Source: Deltaproteobacteria bacterium TL4 (GTDB lineage: Bacteria; SAR324; NAC60-12). Taken from it: a stretch of 31,560 nucleotides of DNA. The notes under the pieces were generated by a model, which saw nothing but the letters and a program-made list of their open reading frames with translations, did not search any database and was not told where the DNA came from. This document shows, one piece after another, positions 1 through 8,776 of the stretch. Both the position numbers and the translations under genes were made by a program. Position 1 is the first letter of the stretch; each line of letters starts with the position of its first letter. The stretch is from NCBI GenBank assembly GCA_051382335.1, contig JBBCAX010000418.1, positions 1 through 31,560 on the forward strand, in the 5' to 3' direction.

Positions 1-69
1 TTTTCAGGCCAAACCTATCATTAATTCTAATACGACTTTATAAGTCTCTGATTTTATTCAGGAGTAATA

Positions 70-1662
70 TTGAGCAAATTGTTCAAAGTCGAGATCTATT
101 ATAACCTGAATCATTGGTTTCAATTGTTTAAGCTCTTACCTTTCAAAAAGAACAGTTCGTTTCTTCAGTACATGATGGGGTTGGAAGACGAAAATTCCGC
201 TTTGGATCCCTCAAAACGCGTTTTTTTAAAAACACTCAAATCCTTTCCACTCCTCTTTTTGATTTGGTTACGGTTCCTTTGGCATTTTAGTCGGATCCGA
301 GCTCTCGTTAGAGATTTTCGGGGTTTGTTCCAATCAGAATACAACAAAGTCAACCGCAAAGCCCTGCATACTTTAGACATTGGTGAATTGGTTCAACTGA
401 CACGATACCTTGATGAAACACTCCTCTGGCAGTGGTCTACTCCAATCATCAACGATTTTTACGTGTTAAGCATAAAAAAGAAAGTCAGACATTGGCTGCG
501 TCAAGCACAGATCGAAAATATAAGTACCATCCAAAGTAACCTGATTTCAGGGGAGGAAGGCATTGAAAGCACAGAGTCTAGCAAAATGCTACTGGCCATG
601 TGTGATACCATCCGAAAAACGCCAGAATTATCACGGGTTTTTGAAGAAACGGAAAATCCGTACATCATGGACGTGTTACAGTCCCAATTTGATGGTTTTT
701 ATCGTCAATGTCGGGCGTATATTGAACTCTATGGTGACCGACTTATTGGAGAATTAAAGTTGGAATCGATCACCATCCGCCAAAACCCCATGTTCCTCAT
801 CACGATTCTCAAAAGTTTTTTGTCCCGTAAAGACCTACGCTTAGAAGCCCTTAACTATAACGAATTGAAAATCAGAACCGATGCGGAGAAGAAAGCCTTT
901 GAAGCCATCAGTAAATATTGTGGTACCAAAAAACTGACCGCATTTCGTAAAGATCTCAATACACTACGGGATGCGCTTCGTAATCGTGAGTCCCTGCGTT
1001 TGGCCCGTACTCGTTTAGTGGGGCTTTACCGTAGCATCTATCTGGAAATTGGGAATCAGCTTCATTTTTATGGGTTACTTGAATCTCCACGGGATGTGTT
1101 TTATTTGACGGTTCAGGAAATTGAAAATTATTTGGAAAATCGGTCCATTCAATCGCATTTTCACGAGTTGGTCCATAGTCGCAAAGTCGAATTTGACGCT
1201 TACGCGGTAGAACAGGAACCGCCCTCACATTTTGTTACCAAGGGTGTGGTCTCTCCTCAGTATGAAAACTCCCCTTCTCCAGAACTCAAAGACTCTTCTC
1301 AGCGTAAAGTACTCAATGGAACGGGATGCTATCCCGGAATCGCTGAGGGCAAAATACGTTTGATTCGCTTACCTCAGGATATCCCTTCGTTGGAGGGCCA
1401 AATTTTATGTACTCTTCGTACAGACTCTGGATGGACGCCTTTATTTCCAGCAGCCTCGGGGATATTGGTTGAGCGTGGTTCTTCCTTGTCGCACTCTGCG
1501 GTTATTGCGAGGGAACTCGGAATTCCAGCCATTGTCAATATCCCTTATGTCACTCAAATCTTAAAAGAGGGCGAAACGATCCGAATGGACGGATTATCAG
1601 GTACCATTGAGCGCATGGACAAAGAATCAACCGCAGCCAACGTCACGCGTAAGTTGCCTTAA
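70..1662 (+). CDS. PEP-utilising-enzyme mobile (phosphohistidine swivel) domain protein. An N-terminal helical domain of about 400 aa precedes the C-terminal His domain; it resembles the C-terminal two-thirds of rifampin-phosphotransferase/PpsA-like enzymes.
   Basis: The C-terminus reads GSSLSHSAVIARELGIPAIVNI, which matches the GGRTSHAAIIARELGIPAVVG phosphohistidine motif of PpsA/PPDK/RPH. The TTG start at 70 is preceded by AGGAG and an in-frame stop at 49-51. The N-terminal region has an RxxRxxxxxLxRxxxxxxG...DVFYLTxxEI stretch like the end of PPDK_N-type domains. No ATP-grasp GGK motif is present. Confidence 0.55.
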   Translation: MSKLFKVEIYYNLNHWFQLFKLLPFKKNSSFLQYMMGLEDENSALDPSKRVFLKTLKSFPLLFLIWLRFLWHFSRIRALVRDFRGLFQSEYNKVNRKALHTLDIGELVQLTRYLDETLLWQWSTPIINDFYVLSIKKKVRHWLRQAQIENISTIQSNLISGEEGIESTESSKMLLAMCDTIRKTPELSRVFEETENPYIMDVLQSQFDGFYRQCRAYIELYGDRLIGELKLESITIRQNPMFLITILKSFLSRKDLRLEALNYNELKIRTDAEKKAFEAISKYCGTKKLTAFRKDLNTLRDALRNRESLRLARTRLVGLYRSIYLEIGNQLHFYGLLESPRDVFYLTVQEIENYLENRSIQSHFHELVHSRKVEFDAYAVEQEPPSHFVTKGVVSPQYENSPSPELKDSSQRKVLNGTGCYPGIAEGKIRLIRLPQDIPSLEGQILCTLRTDSGWTPLFPAASGILVERGSSLSHSAVIARELGIPAIVNIPYVTQILKEGETIRMDGLSGTIERMDKESTAANVTRKLP

Positions 1663-1705
1663 GGATCACAAAAAAAATCTCTAAGTTAAAAATATTAGAT
1701 TTGAA

Positions 1706-1734
1706 TTGACTGATTTTTACTTACACGTTATTCA
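1706..1734 (+). promoter_or_regulatory. Candidate sigma70-like promoter for ctc/pth/ychF: TTGACT, 17-nt spacer, TATTCA. A perfect palindrome TTTACGTAAA follows immediately at 1740-1749.
   Basis: Hexamers read directly from the sequence. The -10 is imperfect. Confidence 0.2.
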
Positions 1735-1784
1735 ATGCGTTTACGTAAATTTTTGATCTCATTATGTCACAAGGAGAATGATTC

Positions 1785-2384
1785 ATGGCGCAACTAGAGT
1801 TAATTGCCTATTCTCGACAGTTAAAGGGTAAATCAGCAAGTCGTGGTTTACGGCAAATAGGTAAGATCCCGGCAGTAATGTATGGGCCCCATGGCCACAA
1901 ATTGTTGGAAATGGACGAAGACGCAACTCGTCACGTCCTGGACAAACTCTATGGCCGGCATCAAATTGTCCCTTTAATCGTTAGAAATTCAGAAGGGCAG
2001 GAGGAAACCTCTCATCAGGTTTTAATTCGAGAAATCCAGACCCATGCTTACAAAAGGATTATCGAACATATTGATTTTCTTGAACCAGACGTTAATACAC
2101 CCATTACACTGAGAATTCCGCTAACGACCACAGGGGCCTCCCCTGCAGAAAAAAAAGGCGGAAATGTGCAAATGATTGCCAGAGATATTCCTATCATCTG
2201 TATGCCGGATAATATCCCTGAAAATATCATCGTCGATGTATCAAAACTGGATATTGGGCAGAATTTTCGTGTGAAAGACATTCCGTTGCCAGCAAATATA
2301 ACTTTGAAAACGGAACAGAACTACACCGTAATTTCTGGCATTGCCGGACGGGCTGCAAAAGTGGGTGAACCACAGAAAAAATAG
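1785..2384 (+). CDS. rplY: 50S ribosomal protein L25 / general stress protein Ctc
   Basis: N-terminal RxLKxxxxRxLRxxGKIPAVMYG motif at about 200 aa. AGGAG RBS upstream of ATG. Conserved ctc-pth-ychF order. Confidence 0.85.
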   Translation: MAQLELIAYSRQLKGKSASRGLRQIGKIPAVMYGPHGHKLLEMDEDATRHVLDKLYGRHQIVPLIVRNSEGQEETSHQVLIREIQTHAYKRIIEHIDFLEPDVNTPITLRIPLTTTGASPAEKKGGNVQMIARDIPIICMPDNIPENIIVDVSKLDIGQNFRVKDIPLPANITLKTEQNYTVISGIAGRAAKVGEPQKK

Positions 2385-2397
2385 TCCATAACTGGAT

Positions 2398-2958
2398 ATG
2401 AAAGTCATCATCGGACTAGGAAACCCGGGATCAGAGTATGAAAATACTCCACATAATGTGGGATTCATGCTTCTCGATCTATTGGCTAAATCTCTCCAAT
2501 GCTCAAGCTTTCGGAGCAAGTTTCATGGTGAAATGGCAAGTGGGACTTATGGAGGGGAGCCTTTTGTCCTGCTTAAACCCATGACCTACATGAATCATAG
2601 CGGCGAATCCGTTGCAGCCTGTTCTCGCTTTTATAAAACGACGGTTGAAGATTTGGTGGTGATTTCCGATGACTTGGAACTCTCGCCCGGCAGAGTCCGC
2701 TTCCGTCTCAATGGAGGGCATGGTGGTCATAACGGCTTGCGCTCAATTATGGAACACTTGCAATCTAACGAGTTCAAGAGGGTTCGTGTCGGCATTGGAC
2801 GTCCAGGCGGTTCGCACTCTGTGTCCGATTATGTGTTGAGTCCTTGGAAGGAACCTGATTTTTCAAAAATTCAAGAAATCAGTTCAGCGGTTGTCGAGTG
2901 TCTGGTACGATTTATTCGAACCTCTGTGTTTGAAAACACCTCACTTTCTGTACCGTAA
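2398..2958 (+). CDS. pth: Peptidyl-tRNA hydrolase
   Basis: MKVIIGLGNPGSEYENTPHNVGF matches the Pth signature (GLGNPG...TRHNxG). Length 186 aa. Confidence 0.9.
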   Translation: MKVIIGLGNPGSEYENTPHNVGFMLLDLLAKSLQCSSFRSKFHGEMASGTYGGEPFVLLKPMTYMNHSGESVAACSRFYKTTVEDLVVISDDLELSPGRVRFRLNGGHGGHNGLRSIMEHLQSNEFKRVRVGIGRPGGSHSVSDYVLSPWKEPDFSKIQEISSAVVECLVRFIRTSVFENTSLSVP

Positions 2959-2981
2959 CGTGTTGTTGATTGGGTTGGTTT

Positions 2982-4073
2982 ATGGGCTTGGAAATTGGAA
3001 TTGTCGGACTTCCCAATGTTGGAAAGTCGACCTTGTTCCGTGCATTAACGAAAGCCAAAGCGGAAGTTGCAAACTACCCGTTTTGTACCATTGATCCCAA
3101 TATCGGGATTGTTCCTGTAAAAGACCCTCGCCTGGAACGGTTAGTGGAGCTGGTTCAACCTAACAAGGTAGTTCCTAGCACGCTAAGAGTCGTTGACATT
3201 GCAGGGCTGGTTAAAGGCGCAAGCCAGGGTGAGGGGTTGGGAAATCAGTTCTTGAGTCATATTCGGCAAATCGATGCGATCCTTCATGTGGTACGTTGCT
3301 TTGACGATGAAAACATCACGCACGTCTCCGGTAAGGTAGATCCGCTTTCGGATATTGAAATAGTTCAAACCGAGTTGATTCTTGCGGATTTGGAACAGGT
3401 TGAACGAAAATTGGAAAGAATCAGTCGTCAGGCCAAGAGCGATAAAGCTTTAGCCGAAACACTGCCTGTCTATCACAAAATAGAAGCGCACCTTGGCGAA
3501 GGGAAACTGGCTCGAAATTGTGATTTGACCGAAGAAGAAAAAGCCTTGGTGAATGAACTGAACCTCATCACCTTCAAACCCTATTTGTACATTGCCAACG
3601 TTCAGGAGGAGGGCCTCTTAAAAGTGCTGCCTCATGAAAAGTTACTTTTGGAACATGCCGAAAAAGAGGGTGTTGACGTTATTAAAATCTGTGCCCAGAT
3701 TGAATCAGAACTATCTGAAATGGAGGAGGCCGAGGCACAAGTGTTTATGGAGGACTTGGGGATTTCTCGCTCAGGCTTGGTTCAGCTTACTCAGGCAGGC
3801 TATCGCTTGTTGAAGCAAATTACTTTCTTTACAGCAGGAAAAGTCGAAGTCAGGGCATGGAATGTCACCAGTGGAATTTTGGCACCGCAAGCCGCTGGGA
3901 AAATTCATTCGGATTTTGAAAGAGGTTTCATCCGGGCTGAAATTTACCATTACGATGACATTAACGAACTAGGATCGGAAAGTGCGGTCAAAGAGGCGGG
4001 GCGTTTTCGTTTGGAAGGCAAAGACTATCCCATAAAAAATGGGGATATTGTGCATTTTCGGTTTAATGTTTGA
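2982..4073 (+). CDS. ychF: Ribosome-binding ATPase YchF (Obg-family GTPase)
   Basis: GIVGLPNVGKSTLFRALT P-loop, C-terminal TGS-like region, pth-ychF synteny. The ATG at 2982 is preferred over the track's TTG at 2970. Confidence 0.9.
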   Translation: MGLEIGIVGLPNVGKSTLFRALTKAKAEVANYPFCTIDPNIGIVPVKDPRLERLVELVQPNKVVPSTLRVVDIAGLVKGASQGEGLGNQFLSHIRQIDAILHVVRCFDDENITHVSGKVDPLSDIEIVQTELILADLEQVERKLERISRQAKSDKALAETLPVYHKIEAHLGEGKLARNCDLTEEEKALVNELNLITFKPYLYIANVQEEGLLKVLPHEKLLLEHAEKEGVDVIKICAQIESELSEMEEAEAQVFMEDLGISRSGLVQLTQAGYRLLKQITFFTAGKVEVRAWNVTSGILAPQAAGKIHSDFERGFIRAEIYHYDDINELGSESAVKEAGRFRLEGKDYPIKNGDIVHFRFNV

Positions 4074-4081
4074 ACTTCAAA

Positions 4082-4118
4082 GCTTGTGGAACATTCCCAC
4101 AAGCCTTCAATTTATTCG
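4082..4118 (+). terminator. Rho-independent terminator after ychF: GCTTGTGG-AACATTC-CCACAAGC stem-loop followed by a T-rich tract.
   Basis: 8-bp perfect inverted repeat read directly, followed by CTTCAATTTATTCG. Confidence 0.4.
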
Positions 4119-4235
4119 TATTGCAGGGAACACTCTCGTCAGCGGTTTTTGGGTGACTTTGGGGTTCCTCCTGCGATATCAATGGCAGAGGTGGTTTTTT
4201 CAATGAGGAAACAAATCGTCCTCTCAAAAGTCCTT

Positions 4236-4262
4236 GTCTGTTAGGAACTAACAGGCTTTATT
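4236..4262 (+). promoter_or_regulatory. Hairpin of about 9 bp in the rpsF leader (GTCTGTTAG-GAA-CTAACAGGC). It lies immediately upstream of the rpsF RBS and is a candidate S6:S18 autoregulatory leader element.
   Basis: Inverted repeat read directly. Position 14-40 nt upstream of the rpsF ATG. S6:S18-binding rpsF leaders are an established conserved cis-regulator. Confidence 0.3.
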
Positions 4263-4275
4263 CGAAAGGAACGTT

Positions 4276-4710
4276 ATGAAAGGTTATGAAACCGTCTTTA
4301 TTACTGAAACGGGGCTCTCTGAAGAAGTGCTGAATGGGATGCTTGGTAAATTTAGAAACGTTGTTGAGAAGTTCAACGGCAAGATTGAGTCCGAACATGT
4401 GTGGGGAAGTCGGCGTTTAGCGTACACCATTAAGAAAAAAGATTTTGGTGTTTACCATCTGTGGTATATCATTGGAAACGGTGAGTTACTCAGTGAGCTC
4501 AATCGTCAGTTTCGGTATACGGATGAAGTGTTACGATTCCAGACCATCTATGTCGATGACATTGAAGTGGAAAGACAGTTTTTTAAAGAATTGATGAGCT
4601 CCAACAAGGAAAGAAAACCTATTCCGGATGACATTCTTGAGATTATTATTGAGGATGAGATTGATGATTTGCCTATTATTGATGACACTGAAATAATTAC
4701 CGCTCTATAA
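4276..4710 (+). CDS. rpsF: 30S ribosomal protein S6 with an acidic C-terminal tail
   Basis: MKGYETVFI...HLWY S6 fold signature. Acidic D/E-rich tail. Followed by rpsR and rplI. Confidence 0.85.
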   Translation: MKGYETVFITETGLSEEVLNGMLGKFRNVVEKFNGKIESEHVWGSRRLAYTIKKKDFGVYHLWYIIGNGELLSELNRQFRYTDEVLRFQTIYVDDIEVERQFFKELMSSNKERKPIPDDILEIIIEDEIDDLPIIDDTEIITAL

Positions 4711-4734
4711 CAAGCACTAACCTTGAGGAAAAAC

Positions 4735-5010
4735 ATGTCCAAAACGAAAAATCGTAATCGAAAAGGGAAGTTTAATCAACCTGCAGTTCGCAAAAAATCT
4801 TGCCCTTTTAAGGAAGCTGGAATCGAAAGAGTTAATTATAAAGACATTGATTTGCTGAAAGGGTATATTACCGAATGTGGAAAGATCATTCCAAGTCGTA
4901 TATCTGGAGTTTCAGCCCCTTACCAAAGAATGTTGCGGCAAGAAATTAAGCGGGCGCGTAACTTAGCGTTGTTGTCCTACACACGAGGATACATTGCACC
5001 TCAATCGTAA
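4735..5010 (+). CDS. rpsR: 30S ribosomal protein S18
   Basis: CPFK...[46 protein letters not shown]. The ATG at 4735 has a GAGGA RBS; the track's TTG at 4723 lies inside the RBS. Confidence 0.9.
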   Translation: MSKTKNRNRKGKFNQPAVRKKSCPFKEAGIERVNYKDIDLLKGYITECGKIIPSRISGVSAPYQRMLRQEIKRARNLALLSYTRGYIAPQS

Positions 5011-5079
5011 TAGGGAATGAAAACACTCTTTACGGATTATCTGATAGTACATCTAACCCTTCATTGAATAAAGATAATT

Positions 5080-5640
5080 ATGGCAACACAAATAATTTTA
5101 GCGGAAGATGTTCCCAACTTGGGAGTCATAGGAGATAGTGTTCAGGTAAAGCCAGGTTATGCCCGTAACTATTTGATTCCCCAAGGTAAAGCCATCTTGG
5201 CAGGAAGCCGTCAGTCGGCAGAACTGAAACACCATATCCTTCACCTTGAAAAGAAACGCTTGGGAGCCATTGCATCAGCACAGGCACAAGCGGATGCCCT
5301 TAAAGCCTTAAGCCTCGAAGTCACCAAAAAATCGGGTCCTGGAGGGCGTTTATTTGGTTCAGTCACTACCCAGGAAATTGTACAATTGATTGGTTCTCTC
5401 GGTCAGACGATAGATCGACGTGCGATCACTCTGTTGGAGCCTATAAAGACTGTGGGAACACACGCTTTTGAACTCAGACTTCATACGGAAGTTAAGGTGA
5501 GTCTCACCATCAAAGTGAGTGCGGAAGTGGATAGTGCTGCGGCTTCTGTAGAAAAACAAGAGAATCCGAATGGTAGCGTTGCAGACGAGACTGCTGTAAA
5601 TAAGGAGCCGTCTGTGGATGCGGTACAGGATAAAAAGTAA
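5080..5640 (+). CDS. rplI: 50S ribosomal protein L9
   Basis: MATQIILAEDVPNLGVIGDSVQVKPGYARNYLIPQGKA matches the L9 N-domain signature. Synteny rpsF-rpsR-rplI-dnaB. Confidence 0.85.
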   Translation: MATQIILAEDVPNLGVIGDSVQVKPGYARNYLIPQGKAILAGSRQSAELKHHILHLEKKRLGAIASAQAQADALKALSLEVTKKSGPGGRLFGSVTTQEIVQLIGSLGQTIDRRAITLLEPIKTVGTHAFELRLHTEVKVSLTIKVSAEVDSAAASVEKQENPNGSVADETAVNKEPSVDAVQDKK

Positions 5641-5714
5641 ATAGATACTTTTTGTGTTTGAAGTAAGGTCGCTCTGCTTCTTATAACCTCCGAGCAACAC
5701 TAAGGACGCATTCG

Positions 5715-7073
5715 ATGCCTTCTGCTACTTCTAAAACCAGTCCAGTTGATGAATTGCTGCCCCATGACATGATGGCTGAAAAAGCTGTTTTAGGGGCAAT
5801 CATCATGAAAAATGATCTTCTGCCTCAGATTTCAGAAACGCTCAGTTCTCTTGATTTTTTTTCTCCTGCTCACCAAAAGATATTCCATGCCATGCTGGAG
5901 TTAGACCGGCGTAACGAGCCGATTGATGAACTTCTTTTGTGTCGCTGGTTAATAGACAATAACGAGTTGGAAAAAACGGGGGGCTCTGACTATTTGATGG
6001 AGTTGACTCAGGTCACTCCTGTTGCAGACAATGCGATTCATTATGCCCAGATTATCAGGGAGACCGGACAACTACGGGAGGTCATTACCACAGCGCATGA
6101 GATTGCGGAAGCTGGAAAAAAAGGCACGGCGGATATTAACAGTTTTATTCTGGCCTCAACCGAAAAACTGAAAGCCATCGAATCCAGAATGCGCACACGG
6201 AAGTATGCGCACCTTAAAGAGGTATTGCTTTCAAACTTTGAACATTTGGAGCAACTTTCAAAAAACCCTGCCGCGGTCACAGGGATTCCGACAGGCTTTA
6301 CCGAGTTGGATTTACTCACACGAGGTCTGCAGCGTTCAGATTTGGTGATTTTGGCCGCACGTCCTTCTATGGGAAAAACGGCATTTGCCATGAATATCGC
6401 CTTTTATGCCGCGGCAAACGCAAAAGTTCCTGTATTGATTTTTAGTTTGGAAATGCCTAAAGAACAATTAGCCATGCGTCTGTTGTGCAGTGAAGCCAAG
6501 ATCAACAGTCGAAAACTTTGGGGAGGCGACCTGGATGGGGCCGATTGGGAAAAACTATTCGAAGCAACCTCTCACATGATGGAAGCGCCTTTGATTATTG
6601 ATGATGAATCGGGAATCTCTCCGAATCACATTAGACAAGTTGCCAGACAAGTGCAAAGAGAGCATGGTTCCTTGGGATTGATTGTTGTGGATTATCTCCA
6701 GTTGATGCAGTCTTCTTCCCGAGTGAATTCGCGTGAACAGGAAATCTCCGAGATTTCAAGAAACATGAAGGCTATTGCCAAAGAATTCAGTGTGCCGGTC
6801 ATGGCGTTATCCCAGTTGAATCGAGATTTGGAACGACGCCCTAACAAAAGACCAATGATGGCGGATTTAAGAGAATCGGGAGCCTTGGAACAAGACGCCG
6901 ATTTAATCATGTTCATCTACCGAGACGAGGTTTATAACGAAGATACTGAGGATCAGGGAATTGCCGAAATTATTGTCGCAAAGCATCGAAATGGTGAATT
7001 AGGCAATAAGCGGCTTGCTTTCATTGGACAATATACCAAGTTTGCCAACTTAAGTATACGGAACGATGACTAA
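5715..7073 (+). CDS. dnaB: Replicative DNA helicase DnaB
   Basis: Walker A ARPSMGKTAF, Walker B LIVVDYLQLM, RecA-like SQLNR arginine finger. N-terminal DnaB domain. Length 452 aa. Confidence 0.9.
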   Translation: MPSATSKTSPVDELLPHDMMAEKAVLGAIIMKNDLLPQISETLSSLDFFSPAHQKIFHAMLELDRRNEPIDELLLCRWLIDNNELEKTGGSDYLMELTQVTPVADNAIHYAQIIRETGQLREVITTAHEIAEAGKKGTADINSFILASTEKLKAIESRMRTRKYAHLKEVLLSNFEHLEQLSKNPAAVTGIPTGFTELDLLTRGLQRSDLVILAARPSMGKTAFAMNIAFYAAANAKVPVLIFSLEMPKEQLAMRLLCSEAKINSRKLWGGDLDGADWEKLFEATSHMMEAPLIIDDESGISPNHIRQVARQVQREHGSLGLIVVDYLQLMQSSSRVNSREQEISEISRNMKAIAKEFSVPVMALSQLNRDLERRPNKRPMMADLRESGALEQDADLIMFIYRDEVYNEDTEDQGIAEIIVAKHRNGELGNKRLAFIGQYTKFANLSIRNDD

Positions 7074-7245
7074 TCTTTATCCATGGGGAACCACTGTCCC
7101 AAAATTGGGAATGAGCCGTTAGGTTTCAGACATTAGCTTTAAAAACTATAGTAATCTCAAAGCAGAAAAGAGCCTGCCTAATGACAATGCCTAAAGGCTA
7201 TTTAGCGATAGCGAGCAGTGAGTGGATTTACTAATGTGAGTTTCT

Positions 7246-8265
7246 ATGTCGATACTTTCTCCAGAACAAATACAAGCCCTTCATGACTATCTCAGTGAAG
7301 ATAACGTGTCCAATTCTGCCGTTGTTCTTGCACCACCTAAACTTCCGCTAACCTGCTTTCCCAACATCATTGAACATCTTTTAAAGACCATTCTTGGCCA
7401 AGAGTGGGGGCGTCTTAGTGCGCGGGCACAAAACTACCTAAAATGGATGTCGGTTAAGGCCGAATCTGTGGATGCCTTGGCACCAGAGTCTCCGGATAAC
7501 CCCACGAAAGGGTTTGAACTGCTGGCGATAGACTCGCTTGGGCAAAGTTTTGGTAAAATTATCATGACGTGTAAGGAATTGGAAATTCCATCCATGATGG
7601 TTCGTTTTGCCTCGCTGATTGTTACTTTTTTAACGCTGCGCTTATTGCATCAACACATGGAATCATCACAAGAAGATGAGCCTTCATTGATGTATACTCA
7701 AAATGTGGATGCCGATTACCTCAACTATCCACGAACATTAAAGACCCTCTTAGAATTGTTCCCGGAACATCAAAATCACTTCTATTTTGAAGTCAATGAA
7801 AATATTACTGAGGATTACCTGAATACGATTCGTACTTTATCCAATGATTTGGGAATCCGTTTAGTTTTGGATGATTCCAATAAAATGGATGCAACCGTCC
7901 ATTGGAAACTTTTGGACTTAACGGACTGGATCAAAATTGATTTTCAGGCAACAGCAGTGCTGGAGCAACGGTTAAGGGAAGGCAAAGGGGACCATATCAT
8001 TTGGCATTATGAACGCTATGCGCAGGGATCTAAATCTCCGGTGATTGTTTTAGAAGGGCTGAGTGAAAATTCGCCGCTCAAATCGTTTTTACGTAAAAAT
8101 TGGAAACACCCGGGAACGGCGTTGTACTACCAAAGCCGAGAACGGTTACCCTTACCTCCTTGGGATAAATATTTTGGGTTAATTCAAGATTTCATGCCAC
8201 AAGAGTTTGGTTTATTTTTTAAAGGCTTGCTGACATCAACACCCCCTTCTTATACCACAGAATAA
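7246..8265 (+). CDS. Degenerate EAL-like domain protein, probably non-catalytic
   Basis: The ordered EAL-fold landmarks FEVNENITE (vN...ExTE), LGIRLVLDDsnkmd (DDFGTG degenerate), DWIKID (KID) and VIVLEGLSE...GTALYYQSRERLPLP (EGVE...QGYlfsrP) are all present. The EAL motif itself is ELL without the following Arg. Confidence 0.5.
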   Translation: MSILSPEQIQALHDYLSEDNVSNSAVVLAPPKLPLTCFPNIIEHLLKTILGQEWGRLSARAQNYLKWMSVKAESVDALAPESPDNPTKGFELLAIDSLGQSFGKIIMTCKELEIPSMMVRFASLIVTFLTLRLLHQHMESSQEDEPSLMYTQNVDADYLNYPRTLKTLLELFPEHQNHFYFEVNENITEDYLNTIRTLSNDLGIRLVLDDSNKMDATVHWKLLDLTDWIKIDFQATAVLEQRLREGKGDHIIWHYERYAQGSKSPVIVLEGLSENSPLKSFLRKNWKHPGTALYYQSRERLPLPPWDKYFGLIQDFMPQEFGLFFKGLLTSTPPSYTTE

Positions 8266-8452
8266 ATGAAAAGGCACCTTGCGGTGTACGAAGCTTAATT
8301 ATTTTAATAAATGGACGCTGATTCTAAGATCCGTTATTAAAAAAGACTTGTGTTTCCAGTGGAATCATTGCATCTTTTGCAGCTCAAATAGGGTTAGAAT
8401 CGGAACTTGTAGCCTTCCAAAATCTTGGAAACAATCATTTAGTGGAGAAAAT

Positions 8453-8764
8453 ATGACGTATGTAGTGACTGAGAATTGCGATAATTGCAAATATACGGAT
8501 TGTGTTGAGGTATGTCCTGTTGAGGCCTTTCATAATGGGCCAACTATGCTCTATATCAACCCTGAAACCTGTATTGATTGTAATGCGTGTGTTGAGGAGT
8601 GCCCTGTTGAAGCCATTTTTGCGGATGTCGATGTGCCTGAAAAATGGTCCCACTATATTGCGCTGAATGCTGAAAAATGTGAAAAATACGATGTCATTAC
8701 AGAAAAGATTGATCCCTTGCCTACGGCAAAAACACTTGAAGAACTTGAAGCAGCACGGGGGTAG
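8453..8764 (+). CDS. fdxA: 7Fe (3Fe-4S/4Fe-4S) ferredoxin, FdxA type
   Basis: MTYVVTENCDNCKYTDCVEVCPVEAF...CIDCNACVEECPV matches the classic two-cluster ferredoxin motifs. GGAG RBS. The track's 8279 start is an artefactual upstream extension. Confidence 0.8.
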   Translation: MTYVVTENCDNCKYTDCVEVCPVEAFHNGPTMLYINPETCIDCNACVEECPVEAIFADVDVPEKWSHYIALNAEKCEKYDVITEKIDPLPTAKTLEELEAARG

Positions 8765-8776
8765 TCATCCAAGACT

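Noticed and set aside
6041-6391. 116-aa antisense ORF inside dnaB, and similar antisense ORFs at 16038-16370, 16229-16465, 19138-19500, 10447-10830 and 23238-23597
   Set aside because: All lie fully inside well-supported conserved genes on the opposite strand. They have no RBS and their composition is Arg/Ser-rich, typical of antisense frames. They are spurious.
8266-8300. GGCACC-TTGC motif resembling a sigma54 -24/-12 element
   Set aside because: Spacing between GG and GC is 8 nt rather than the required 10-12. It is more likely a weak terminator hairpin (CACC-TTGC-GGTG) after the EAL-like gene.
8279-8452. Track ORF start at 8279 for the ferredoxin (161 aa)
   Set aside because: The N-terminal 58 aa have no ferredoxin character. 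A GGAG RBS precedes the ATG at 8453, which yields a canonical ferredoxin of about 103 aa.
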